Shown here piece after piece: positions 44,891 through 56,000 of a stretch of DNA of 64,000 nt. The translations under genes and the position numbers were made by a program. The first letter of the stretch is position 1, and the number at the start of each line of letters is the position of its first letter. A model generated the notes under the pieces. That model saw nothing but the letters and a program-made list of their open reading frames with translations, searched no databases and had not been told where the DNA came from. This stretch comes from Patagioenas fasciata (taxonomy: Eukaryota). The stretch is from the NCBI RefSeq assembly GCF_037038585.1, contig NC_092556.1:386619-450618 (forward strand), given 5' to 3'.

Positions 44891-45449
44891 TAGTTGTTCC
44901 CTATGGAGGGGGGGGAGCGTTTGGGGCCCCCAAAAACCCCTAAATGAGCCCAAAATTGACCCCGAAACCCACGGGGGGGGCTGGAAATGGCCCAAAATAC
45001 CCAAAAAGTGCTGAAAACGCCCCAAACCCACCCAAAATAGCCCAAAAAACACCCCAAGAACACCCCCAAAAATCCCTCAGATCAGCCTGAAAAGGGCTCG
45101 AAAATCACACAAACTGACCCAAAATGGACCCAAAATGGACCCAAAACAGCGCAAATTCAACCCAAAAATGCGAGGGGGTTCAAGGGGGGGTTTGTGCCCC
45201 TATTTCCAGATTTCGGGTGCAATTTTGGGGTGATCTGTGTGGTTATTGGAGCGTTTTGGGGTCTCGGAGCCCCAAAAGCGTGGGATTTTGCCCCAATTTC
45301 AGGCGGAGGACCAGGAGCCTCCTCCGGTCGGCGCTAACGAGGCTGCGGAGCAATTAGCGGCGCGGTTAACGAAGCCGCGCGAGCGGGGCGGCCCCGGAGG
45401 CGACCCGGGGACCCCAAATGCCCGGCGTTTCGCCCCAAATTCCAGCGTT

Positions 45450-46090
45450 TCCCGCCCAAATTCCCTCCGGCTTCACCCCCATTGCCCCCCCAGTTCCCCC
45501 CATTCCACCCCCAATTCCCCCTATTCCACCCCCAATTTCTCCCCCATTTCCCCCCCAGATTTCCCCCCCAGTTCCCCCATTGGTCCCCCCAGTTCCACCC
45601 CCACTTTCTCCCCCATTGATCCCCCCACTGATCCCCCCATTGATCCCCCCACTGATCCCCCCATTGATTCCCCCATTGATCCCCCCAGTTCCCCCATTAA
45701 GCCCCCCAGTTTGACCCCCAAAAATCCCCCCAGTTCCCCCATTGATCCCCCCAATTCCACCCCCACTTTCCCCCCCATGAACCCCATTGATCCCCCCATT
45801 GGCCCCATTGACCCCATTGGCCCCATTGACCCCATTGGCCCCATTGACCCCATTGATCCCATTGACCCCATTGGCCCCATTGATCCCATTGGCCCCATTG
45901 GCCCCATTGACCCCATTGACCCCATTGGTCCAATTGGCCCCATTCATCCCATCGGCCCCATTCATCCCATTGGCTCCATTGGCCTCATTGATCCCATTGG
46001 CCCCATTGACCCCATTGGCCCCATTGACCCCATTGACCCCATCGACCCCATCGACCCCATCGACCCCCTCGACCCCATTGCCCCCCTCGA
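45450..46090 (+). repeat. 6-12 bp satellite CCCCATTGATCC / CCATTGGCCCCATTGACC
   Basis: Direct reading. Confidence 0.85.
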
Positions 46091-47039
46091 CCCCCTTGCC
46101 CCCATCCCCCCCCCTCCCCTCCCCGCCCTCCCCAAGCCCCGCCCCCCGCCCCTCCCCCCCGCTCTCCCATTGGCCACCGCCCTCGCCGCCCTTTACCTCC
46201 GCCCCTCCCTCCCCCTCCTCCTCCTCCTCCTCCTCCTCTGGCTCCTCCCCCGCGCCGGGCGCGGCCCCGTGGGGGGCGGAGCCATGGGCGTGGCCTTGGC
46301 GCTGACCCTCCCGGAGCCCTCCTGGCGCCTGGGGCTGGCGGCCCTGGGCGCGGGGGCGGGGCTTTGGCCGCTGCTGGGGGCGCTGCCCCCCGGCCCCCGC
46401 GCCTGCGCCCCCGCGCTGCTGCTGGCGGCGCAGCTGCTGCGCTGGCCCTGCCTCTTCCTGGCCGCCTACCTGCTGGGGGCGGGGGGCCGGGGGGCGCTGG
46501 GGGGCGGCGGGGGGCGCCTGCAGCGCTGGCTCTTCCGGGGGGTGCTCGGCCTGCCCCCCCCCGTTTTCCGCCTCCTTTCCCGCCTGGGCTTGGTGGCCGA
46601 AGGGCGTTTCGCCCAAATCTTCCCCAAAACGCGGCCCCGTTGGGGCTTCCGCTCCCGCCTGCCCGTCCCCCGGCGCCGGCCCGCCCCGCCCCCCCCGCCC
46701 CTCCCCCTGCGCCTCTGGCGCCGCCTCCGCAGGGCTTGGGGGGAGGGGTGGGCGTGGGGGAGGGGGAGGGGGTGGGGGAGGGGGAGGGGAAGGGGGGGGG
46801 GAGCCCCCCAGCCGCATCCCACGCCCCGCCCCCCGCCCCCCCGCGGGGCCCCCAGGGAGGGGGGGAGGGGCCAGAAGCCCAGCGGGGGGGGCGGGGAGGG
46901 GAGCGGGGGCTCCGCCCCCGAGGAAACCGTGGAGGTGATGGAGGCCCCGCCCCCGCGGGGAGGAGGAGCCAATGGGGGGGGGGGGAGGGGAGGGGAGGGG
47001 AGGGGGGGTGGGGCGAGAAGGGCGGGAAAGGGGGGGGGA

Positions 47040-48100
47040 TTTGGAAATTGGGAAATTGGGAAAATGGGAAAATGTTGAAAATTTCCCAGGATTTTGGAAA
47101 TTTGGAGAATGGAAAAATTGTGGAGATTTCCCAAGATTTTGGAGATTTGGAAATTTTGAGTTTTCCCAAGATTTTGGAAATTTGGAAATTTGGAAAGTTT
47201 GAATTTTCCCAAGATTTTGGAAATTTGGAATTTTCCCAAGATTCTGAAAATTTGGAAATTTGTAAAGTTTGAATTTTCCCAAGATTTTGAAAATCTGGAA
47301 ATTTTGAATTTTGCCAAAATTTTGGAAATTTGGAAAGTTTGAATTTTCCAAGGTGTTGAAAATGTGAACATTTTGGAAATTTGGGAGCTTTCCAAGGTTT
47401 TGAGAATTTGAAACTTTTGAATTTGTCCAAAAGTTCAGGAATTTTGAAAATTTTCACAGGTCAAGATTTGGAAGAATTTGAAAAATTTTAAAATTGAAAA
47501 CTTTTGAACATTTTTAGAATTGAAAATCTTGTAAATTTTGAGGTTTTTTAGAATTGGAAATGGTGGAAATTTGGAGAATTGAAAATTTGGAAGATGTCGG
47601 AAATTTTTAGAATTGGAAATTTTGCAGATTTGAAGAATTTTAGAATTGGAAAGTTTGAAAAAGTTTTAGAATTGAAAATTTGGAAGATTTTTAGGATCAA
47701 AAATCTTGAAAATTTTTAGACTTTGAAATTTTGAGAATTTTGAAAACTTTTAGAGCTGAAAATGTTGGAAATTTTTAAAATGAAGAATTTTGAATAACGA
47801 AAATTTTTAGAATTGAAAAATCGAAGCATTTTTAGAATTTTTAAAATTTAAAAATCAAACTCTTGGCAAATTTTTAAATTTTGGAAAATTTTTAAAATTC
47901 AAAAATAACCTTGAAAATGTGAGAAATTTCAACATTTTTTAAATTTCAAATGGAAATTTTGGAAAATTTTGACCGGCTTGAGATTTTTAAAATTTAAAAA
48001 TTGCGATTTTTAAAAGTTTTGTATTTTGGGGAAATTTTTAACATTTGAAATTTTGAAATTTTCAAACTTGAACAAATGGAAATGTAAAGAATTTAAAAAT
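47040..48100 (+). repeat. AT-rich satellite (GGAAATTTGGAAATTTTGAATTTTCCCAAGATTTTGG and degenerate GAATTTTAGAATTGGAAA units), a compositional outlier
   Basis: Direct reading. Confidence 0.85.
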
Positions 48101-48780
48101 GCATCAAATTGGCCAAAGCCGAATTTGGGGCAGAAATGGGGAATTGGAGGGGAAAGGGGGAATTTTGGGGCTCAAAAGCCTCATTTTGGGGCCCAAAATC
48201 CATCGTTTGGGGGCAAAAAAACCTCAAATTTGGGGCCAAATAGAAGAATTGGGCCCTGAAAACTCCAATTTTGGGGCTAAAAGCTCTGATTTTGGGGTGA
48301 AAAACCCTGATTTTGGGACCCGAACCCCGCACATTTTGGGACCCAAACCCCCCAGTTATTTTGGGGCCAAAAATCCCTGATTTGGGGGCAAAAAAAATCC
48401 CCAAATTTGGGGCTAAAAATCCCGAAATTTTGGGGCGGAAAACTCTAATTTTGGGAGCCGAAAATTCCCAATTTTGGGACCTGGAAACCCCCGATTTTGG
48501 GGCCGGAAACCCCAATTTTGGGGGCACAAAAACTCTAATTTTAGGGGTGAAACCCCCAGGTTTTGGGGCGGAAACGCTCGATTTTGGGTCAGAAATCCCT
48601 AATTTGGGGTCAGAAATGGTTCATTTGGGGACTCGAAGCCCAAATTTGGGGCCAGAAATCGACGAATTTGGGGCCAGGAATCGACAATTTTGGGACCCAA
48701 ACCCCCCCAATTTGGGGCCAAAAAGCCCGAATTTGGGGTCCGGGACCCCCCGAATTTTGGGGCGATTTCTCCCTTTTCCA
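48100..48780 (+). repeat. About 40 bp satellite AATTTTGGGGCCAAAAMCCCYGATTTGGGGC
   Basis: Direct reading. Confidence 0.8.
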
Positions 48781-48959
48781 TCATTTTGTGTCATTTTTGG
48801 TTCATTTTCCCCGGTTTATTTTATTTTGTGTCCAATAGAATTATTTAATTCTCCCCAAATTCTTCATTTTTCGGTGTTTTTGGGGGGAGGGGCACCCATG
48901 GGGGGGGGGAGGGGCCTGGTGACGTCATCAACGGGGGCGGCCAATGGGGACCCAACGAT

Positions 48960-49450
48960 CGCCCCACAGGGACTCAACGTGAGCCAATGGGGAGCGAGGA
49001 GTGGGTGAGGGAGCCAGCGGTCAGCCAATGGGGAGCAAGAGGCGGGTGAAGGGGCCAATGGGGAGCCAGCGATGAGCCAACGGCCAATGGGGAGCCAGCG
49101 GGGTCTTGGTGGGGACACGGGGAACCAATGGGGAGCAAGAAGTGGGTGAGGGAGCCAATGGGAACCCAACGATGACCCAACAGCCAATGGGGAACCAATG
49201 GGGTCTTGGTGGGGACTCAATAGCCAATGGGAACCCAACGATGACCCGACAGCCAATGGGGAGCCAATGGGGTCTTGAGGGGGCCACAGGGAACCAATGG
49301 GGACCAAGAGGTGGGTGAGGGAACCAATGGGGAGCCAGCGATGACCCAACGGCCAATGGGGAGCCAATGGGGTCTTGAGGGGGACATGGGGAACCAATGG
49401 GGAGCAAGAGGTGGGTGGGGGAACCAATGCTGACCCCACATTGACCCCAA
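48960..49450 (+). repeat. About 60 bp satellite rich in GCCAATGGGGA (NF-Y-like CCAAT boxes)
   Basis: Direct reading. Confidence 0.8.
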
Positions 49451-49799
49451 TGACCCCACATTGACCCCATTGCTGACCCCACATTGACCCCAGATGTGTG
49501 GGGCAGGGGGTCCCCAACCCCCCATATGCTCCCCCCACCACCCCCCCTCCCATTTTTATCCACTTTAATTAAAACCTCAATTAACCCCCGATCATTTGCG
49601 AGGCCACGCCCACTTCGCTCCCGAACGCCTGGGTCCACCCGGAAGGGGGGGGGGGGGGGGCGGTTAATTAAGGGTCTAATTAAGGGTCTGGGCGGGCGGG
49701 GAGGCCCGGGGGGGGGCGGGGAGGCCCGGGGGAGGGGGGTGGCCCGGGGGGGGGCGGGGAGGCCCGGGGGGGGCGGGGTTAATTAGCGGCTCGTTAATT

Positions 49800-50039
49800 A
49801 CTCACGTCAATCAGCGCCTCTTCCCGCGTCGCCATGGGAACGGCGGGCGGGGCGGGCGGGACCGCGGCGCCGCGCGCGGGGGATGCCGGGAAGGAGAAAT
49901 GGGGAGGGGGGGGAGGTGAGCGCGGCGCTGATTGGTGGCGGGGAGGGGGGAGCGCGGCGCTGGTTGGCTGGGAGGGGGGAGGGCGGGGCGCGGCGCGGTC
50001 ACGTGGGGGGCGGGGTTAAAGGCGGCGCGGAGCGGGGCC
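49800..50039 (+). promoter_or_regulatory. CDIPT: CDIPT TATA-less GC-rich promoter region (inverted CCAAT gctgATTGGtgg about 49926-49937, E-box CACGTG 50000-50005, multiple GC boxes)
   Basis: Unique GC-rich sequence immediately 5' of the CDIPT ATG at 50040, with housekeeping-type motifs. Confidence 0.45.
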
Positions 50040-50088
50040 ATGGGGGGGAAGGGGGAGAACGTCCTGCTGTTCGCGCCCAACGTCATCG
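50040..50088 (+). CDS. CDIPT: CDIPT exon 1 (MGGKGENVLLFAPNVIG)
   Basis: ggggccATGG start, then ATCG|gtaacg. A GC-box and E-box promoter lies upstream. Confidence 0.85.
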
Positions 50089-53000
50089 GTAACGGGGGGA
50101 CCGGGGGACTGGGGGGACTGGGGAGCGATTTGGGGTGACTGGGATGGACTGGGAGGGACTGGGGAGCGATTTGGGGTGACTGGGAGGGACTGGGGGGCGA
50201 TTTGGGGCGACTGGGATGGATGGGGAGGGACTGGGGGGCGACTGGGAGGGACTGGGAGGGATGCGGGGGGAACTGGGAGCGATTGGGAAGGACTGGGAGT
50301 GCTGGGATGGACTGGGGGGACTGGGAGCGACTGGGGGGCGATTTGGGGCGACTGGGATAAACTGGGAAGGGACTGGGGGGGACTGGGAGGGATGGGGGGG
50401 AACTGGGAGCGATTGGGAGGGACTGGGAGTGCTGGGATGGACTGGGGGGAACTGGGAGGGACTGGGAAGGGGTTGGGGGTGACTGGGATAAACTGGGGGG
50501 GCGCTGGGATGAACTGGGAGGGACTGGGGGGCACTGGGAAGGGATTGGGGGCACTGGGAGGGAACTGGGGAGGACTGGGATGTATTGGGAGGAACTGGGG
50601 GGACTGGGGGCACTGGGATGAACTGGGTGGACTGGGAAGCGATTTGGGGTGACTGGGAGGGCCTGAGAAGGGACTGGGAGGGATGGGGGGGGCACTGGGA
50701 GGGACTGGGAAAGGGTTGGGGGTGACTGGGGTAAACTGGGGGGGCACTGGGATGAACTGGGAGGGACTGGGGGGCACTGGGAAGCCTCTAAGAGTGGGTT
50801 TGGGGGTCTCTGTGCACAGGGGGTGCTCGGGGGGGGTTCTGGGTGACCCCCAGGGCCCTTGGGGAGCTGAAACGACCCATACTGGTCCATACTGGTTTAT
50901 ACTGGTTTATACTGGAAATGCCTCTAAGAGTGGATTTGGGGGTTCCTGTGCATAGGGGGTGCTTGGGGGGGGTTCTGGGTGACCCCCAGGGCCCTTGTGG
51001 AGCTGAAACGACCCATACTGGTCCATACTGGTCCATGCTGGTTTATACTGGAAACGCCTCTAAGAGCGGGTTTGGGGGTCTCTGTGCACAGGGGGTGCTC
51101 GGGGGGTCCCTGCTGACCCCCCCGCCCCTCCCCCCCCCCCAGGCTACGCCCGCGTGGCGCTGGCGGCCGCCTCGTTCTGGCTGATGCCGTCGCGCCCCGG
51201 CCCCGCGGCCGCGCTCTACGGGGCCAGCGCCGCTCTGGACGCCGTGGACGGCGCCGTGGCCCGCAGGCTCCACCAGGGTGGGCGGGGCTTGGGGGGGCGG
51301 GGCCTGGGGGCGGGGAGTTTGGGGGGCGGGGCTGATGGGGTGGGGGTGGGGTAGGTTGGGTGGATGGGGGGAGGATGGGGCATGGGGAGGTGGAGGGGGG
51401 GCGTGGTTTAGGAGGGAGGGGGGTGTGGTTTAGAGGGGGTGTGGTTTAGGTGGAGGGGGTGTGGATTAGAGGGGGTGTGGTTTAGGTGGGAGGGGGTGTG
51501 GTTTAGGAGGGAGGGGGGTGTGGTTTAGGTTGGAGGGGGGTGTGGTTTAGGTGGGGGGTGCGGTTTAGGTTGGAGGGGGTGTGGTTTAGGTGGGAGGGGG
51601 CGTGGTTTAGAGGGGGAGTGGTTTACAGGGGGTGTGGTTTAGGTGGGAGGGGGAGTGGCTTGGAGGGGGAGTGGCCTGAGGGGGTGGGGATGCAATGGGG
51701 CGGGGCCTCGGGGCTGGGGGAGGGGTAACGGGGGTGTATAGGGGTGGGGGGGGACATAGGGAGGTGGGAGGGGGCGTGGTTTAGGTGGGGAGGGGTGGGG
51801 CTTTTGGGGGTGGGGATTGGGGGGCGGGGTTTCCGGGGGGCGGGGCCTTGGGGGTGGGGGAGTGGTAACTGCGATGTATAGGGTGGGGAGGGGGCGTGGT
51901 TTAGAGGGGGTGTGGTTTAGGTGGAGGGGGTGTGGTTTAGAGGGGGTGTGGTTTAGGTGGGAGGGGGCGTGGTTTAGGTTGGAGGGGGTGTGGTTTAGGT
52001 GGGAGGGGGCGTGGTTTAGGTGGGAGGGGGCGTGGTTTAGAGGGGGAGTGGTTTATGTGTATTGGGTGTGGTTTAGAGGGGGTGTGGTTTAGAGGGGGTG
52101 TGGTTTAGAGGGGGTGTGGTTTAGAGGGGGCGTGGTTTAGAGGGGGTTGTGGTTTAGAGGGGGCGTGGTTTAGGTGGGAGGGGGCGTGGCTTGGAGGAGT
52201 CGAGGCCACGAGGGGGCAGGTGAAATGACCTATACTGGTTTATACTGGTCCATATTGGTTTATACTGGTCCATACTGGTTTATACTGGGAATGGCATTAT
52301 GGGGGTTTTCTTGGGCAAGGGGGAGCCAGGGGGTCACTGGGGGGTCCCCTAGGACCCTTGAGGAGGTGAAATGACCGATACTGGTTTATACTGGTCCATA
52401 CTGGTTTATACTGGTTTCTGCTGGTTTGAAGGCCCTTAGGGGGTGTCTATGGGGGGTTGGTTCCGGGGGTCACCCGGGGGCCCCCCCGCTGTCCCCGCCC
52501 CCCCAGGGACCCGTTTTGGCGCCATGCTGGACATGCTGACCGACCGGCTGAGCTCCATGTGCCTATTGGTCAACCTGGCGCTGCTCTACCCGGCAACCGC
52601 CGCCCTGTTCCAGCTCAGCATGGCGCTGGACATCGCCAGCCATTGGCTGCACCTGCACTGGTGGGCGGGGCCGGCGGGGGGCGGGGCCCGGCCAGAAGGG
52701 GCGGGGGCAGAGGGGGTGGGGATAAAGGGGGGGGCATAGAGGGGGCGGAGCTAAACGGGGTGGGGGTAAGAGGGTGGGGGTAAGGGGGCGGAGCTAAAGG
52801 GGTGGGGATAGAGGGGGCGGAGCTAAAGGGGTGGAGGTATGGGGGCGGAGCTAAAGGGGTGGGGATAGAGGGGGCGGAGCTAAAGGGCTGAGGGGTGGGG
52901 ACAAAGGGGGTGGGGATAAAGGAGGCGGAGCTTGCAAGAGGGGGTGGGGATAAAGGGGGTGGGGCTAAAGGAGAGAGGTGAAGGGGGCGGTGCTAAAGGG

Positions 53001-56000
53001 GGTGGGGATGAAGAGGGTGGGGCTAAAAGGGGGTGGGGCTAAAGGGGTGGAGCTAAAGGCAGTGGGAATAAAAGGGGTGGAGCTAAGGGGGGCGGGGATA
53101 AAGGGGGTGGGGTTAGAAGGGGCGGGGATAGAGGAGGTGGAGCTAAAAGGGGTTGGGAAGAAGGGGTGGAGCTAAAGGGGCGGAGCTTGGAGGGGATGGG
53201 CGGGGCTAAGGGGGTGTGGTCGGGGGGTGAACTGGGGGGTGCTGGGAAGGCCCAGCTGGGGTCTATGGGGGGGGGGGTGGGCGAAGGGGCGTGGCCGGTG
53301 GGCGTGTCCCCCGTGACCCCGCCCCCTTTCCCCTCCCCCAGCACCACCCTGGAGGGCGGAGCCTCCCACAAGAACGTGGGGGGGGAGGGGCACTGGCTGC
53401 TGCGCCTCTACTACACACACAAGGTGGGGGAGGGGCCAAGGGGGAGGGGCCAAGGGGTGGGGGAGGGGTCATGGGGTTGGGGGAGGGGCCAAGGGGGAGG
53501 GGTCATGTGGTAGGGGGAGGGGTCAGGGGTTTGGGGTGGGGTTGGGGGTGGAGTCATGGATTTGGGGGTGTGGTCAGGGGTTTGGGGGTGGGGTGATGGA
53601 TTTGGGGGTGGGGTCATGGATTTGGGGGTGTGGTCAGGGGTTTGGGGGCGGGGTGATGGATTTGGGGGTGGGGTCAGGGATTTGGGGGTGGGGTCAGAGG
53701 GGTGGGGTGGGGTCATGGGGCGTGGCCAATGTAGGAGGCGGGGTCATTATTTGGGGGCGGGGCCAGGGATTTGGGGGTGTGGTCAGTGTAGGGGTGGAGT
53801 CATTTGGGGGTGGGGGGGCGTGGTCAGTGTGGGGGTGGAGTCAGGGTGGGGTCAGTGTATGGGGACGGGGTCATTATTGGGGGCGGGGCCGTGGGGTTGT
53901 GGGCGGGGCCACGGGGTTGGGGTGGGGTCAGGCGGCTGTGGGCGGGGCCGGGGGCGTGTCCAGCTCAGGGGGCGTGTCGGCGCTGTCCCCGCCCCCAGCC
54001 GGTGCTGTTCGTGGTCTGTGCTGGGAACGAAGCGTTTTACTGCGCGCTCTACCTGCTCCGCTTCGGCGACGGGCCCCGCGGTGAGGCGCTGGGCACACGG
54101 GGCACAGACTGGGCACAGACTGGGTACACTGGGTACAGACTGGTTAGACTGGGTACAGACTGGTCAGACTGGGTACGGACTGGTCAGACTGGGTACAGAC
54201 TGGTTAGATTGGGTACAGACTGGTCAGACTGGGTACAGACTGGTCAGACTGGGTACGGACTGGTCAGACTGGGTACGGACTGGTTAGACTGGGTACAGAC
54301 TGGTTAGACTGGGTACGGACTGGTTAGACTGGGTACGGACTGGTCAGACTGGGTACGGACTGGTCAGACTGGGTACAGACTGGTCAGACTGGGTACGGAC
54401 TGGTCAGACTGGGTACGGACTGGTCAGACTGGGTACGGACTGGTCAGACTGGGTACGGACTGGTCAGACTGGTTACAGACTGGTCAGACTGGGTACAGAC
54501 TGGTCAGACTGGGTACAGACTGGTCAGACTGGGTACAGACTGGTCAGACTGGGTACGGACTGGTCAGACTGGGTACGGACTGGTCAGACTGGGTACAGAC
54601 TGGTTAGATTGGGTACAGACTGGTCAGACTGGGTACAGACTGGTTAGACTGGGTACGGACTGGTCAGACTGGGTACAGACTGGTCAGACTGGGTACGGAC
54701 TGGTCAGACTGGGTACAGACTGGTCAGACTGGGTACAGACTGGTCAGACTGGGCACAGACTGGTCAGACTGGGTACAGACTGGTCAGACTGGGTACGGAC
54801 TGGTCAGATTGGGTACGGACTGGTCAGACTGGGTACAGACTGGTCAGACTGGGTACAGACTGGTCAGACTGGGTACGGACTGGTCAGACTGGGTACGGAC
54901 TGGTCAGACTGGGTACGGACTGGTCAGACTGGGTACAGACTGGTCAGACTGGGTACAGACTGGTCAGACTGGGTACGGACTGGTCAGACTGGGTACGGAC
55001 TGGTCAGACTGGGTACAGACTGGTCAGACTGGGTACAGACTGGTCAGACTGGGCACAGACTGGTCAGACTGGGTACAGACTGGTTAGATTGGGTACAGAC
55101 TGGTCAGACTGGGTACGGACTGGTCAGACTGGGTACAGACTGGTTAGATTGGGTACAGACTGGTCAGACTGGGTACGGACTGGTCAGACTGGGTACAGAC
55201 TGGTCAGACTGGGTACAGACTGGTCAGACTGGGTACAGACTGGTCAGACTGGGTACAGACTGGTCAGACTGGGTACGGACTGGTCAGACTGGGTACAGAC
55301 TGGTCAGACTGGGTACAGACTGGTTAGACTGGGTACAGACTGGTCAGACTGGGTACGGACTGGTCAGACTGGGTACAGACTGGTCAGACTGGGCACAGAC
55401 TGGTTAGATTGGGTACAGACTGGTTAGATTGGGTACAGACTGGTCAGACTGGGTACAGACTGGTTACAGACTGGTTAGACTGGTTACAGACTGGTTACAG
55501 ACTGGTTACACTGGTTACAGACTGGTTACAGACTGGTTACAGACTGGTTAGACTGGTTACACTGGTTACAGACTGGTTACAGACTGGTTAGACTGGTTAC
55601 ACTGGTTACAGACTGGTTAGACTGGTTACAGACTGGTTAGACTGGTTACAGACTGGTTACAGACTGGTTACACTGGTTACAGACTGGTTACAGACTGGTT
55701 AGACTGGTTACACTGGGTACAGACTGGTTACAGACTGGTTACAGACTGATTACACTGGTTACACTGGTTACAGATTGGTCAGACTGGTTACACTGGTTAC
55801 ACTGGTTACACTGGTTACACACTGGTTACACTGGGGAGAGAGTGGTCAGACTGGTTACAGACTGGTCACAGACTGGTTACACTGGTCAGACTGGTCACAG
55901 ACTGGTTACACTGGTCAGACTGGTTACAGACTGGTTACACTGGTTACAGACTGGTTACACTGGTTACAGACTGGTTACAGACTGGTTACACTGGTTACAG

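Noticed and set aside
45289-45420. Possible TAOK2 exon 12 (ccccaatttcag|GCGGAGGACCAGGAG.., translating [27 protein letters not shown])
   Set aside because: No similarity to any TAO kinase region. The sequence contains TAACGAGG / AATTAGCGG / GTTAACGAAG, which are variants of the local satellite. It is probably repeat-derived, not coding.
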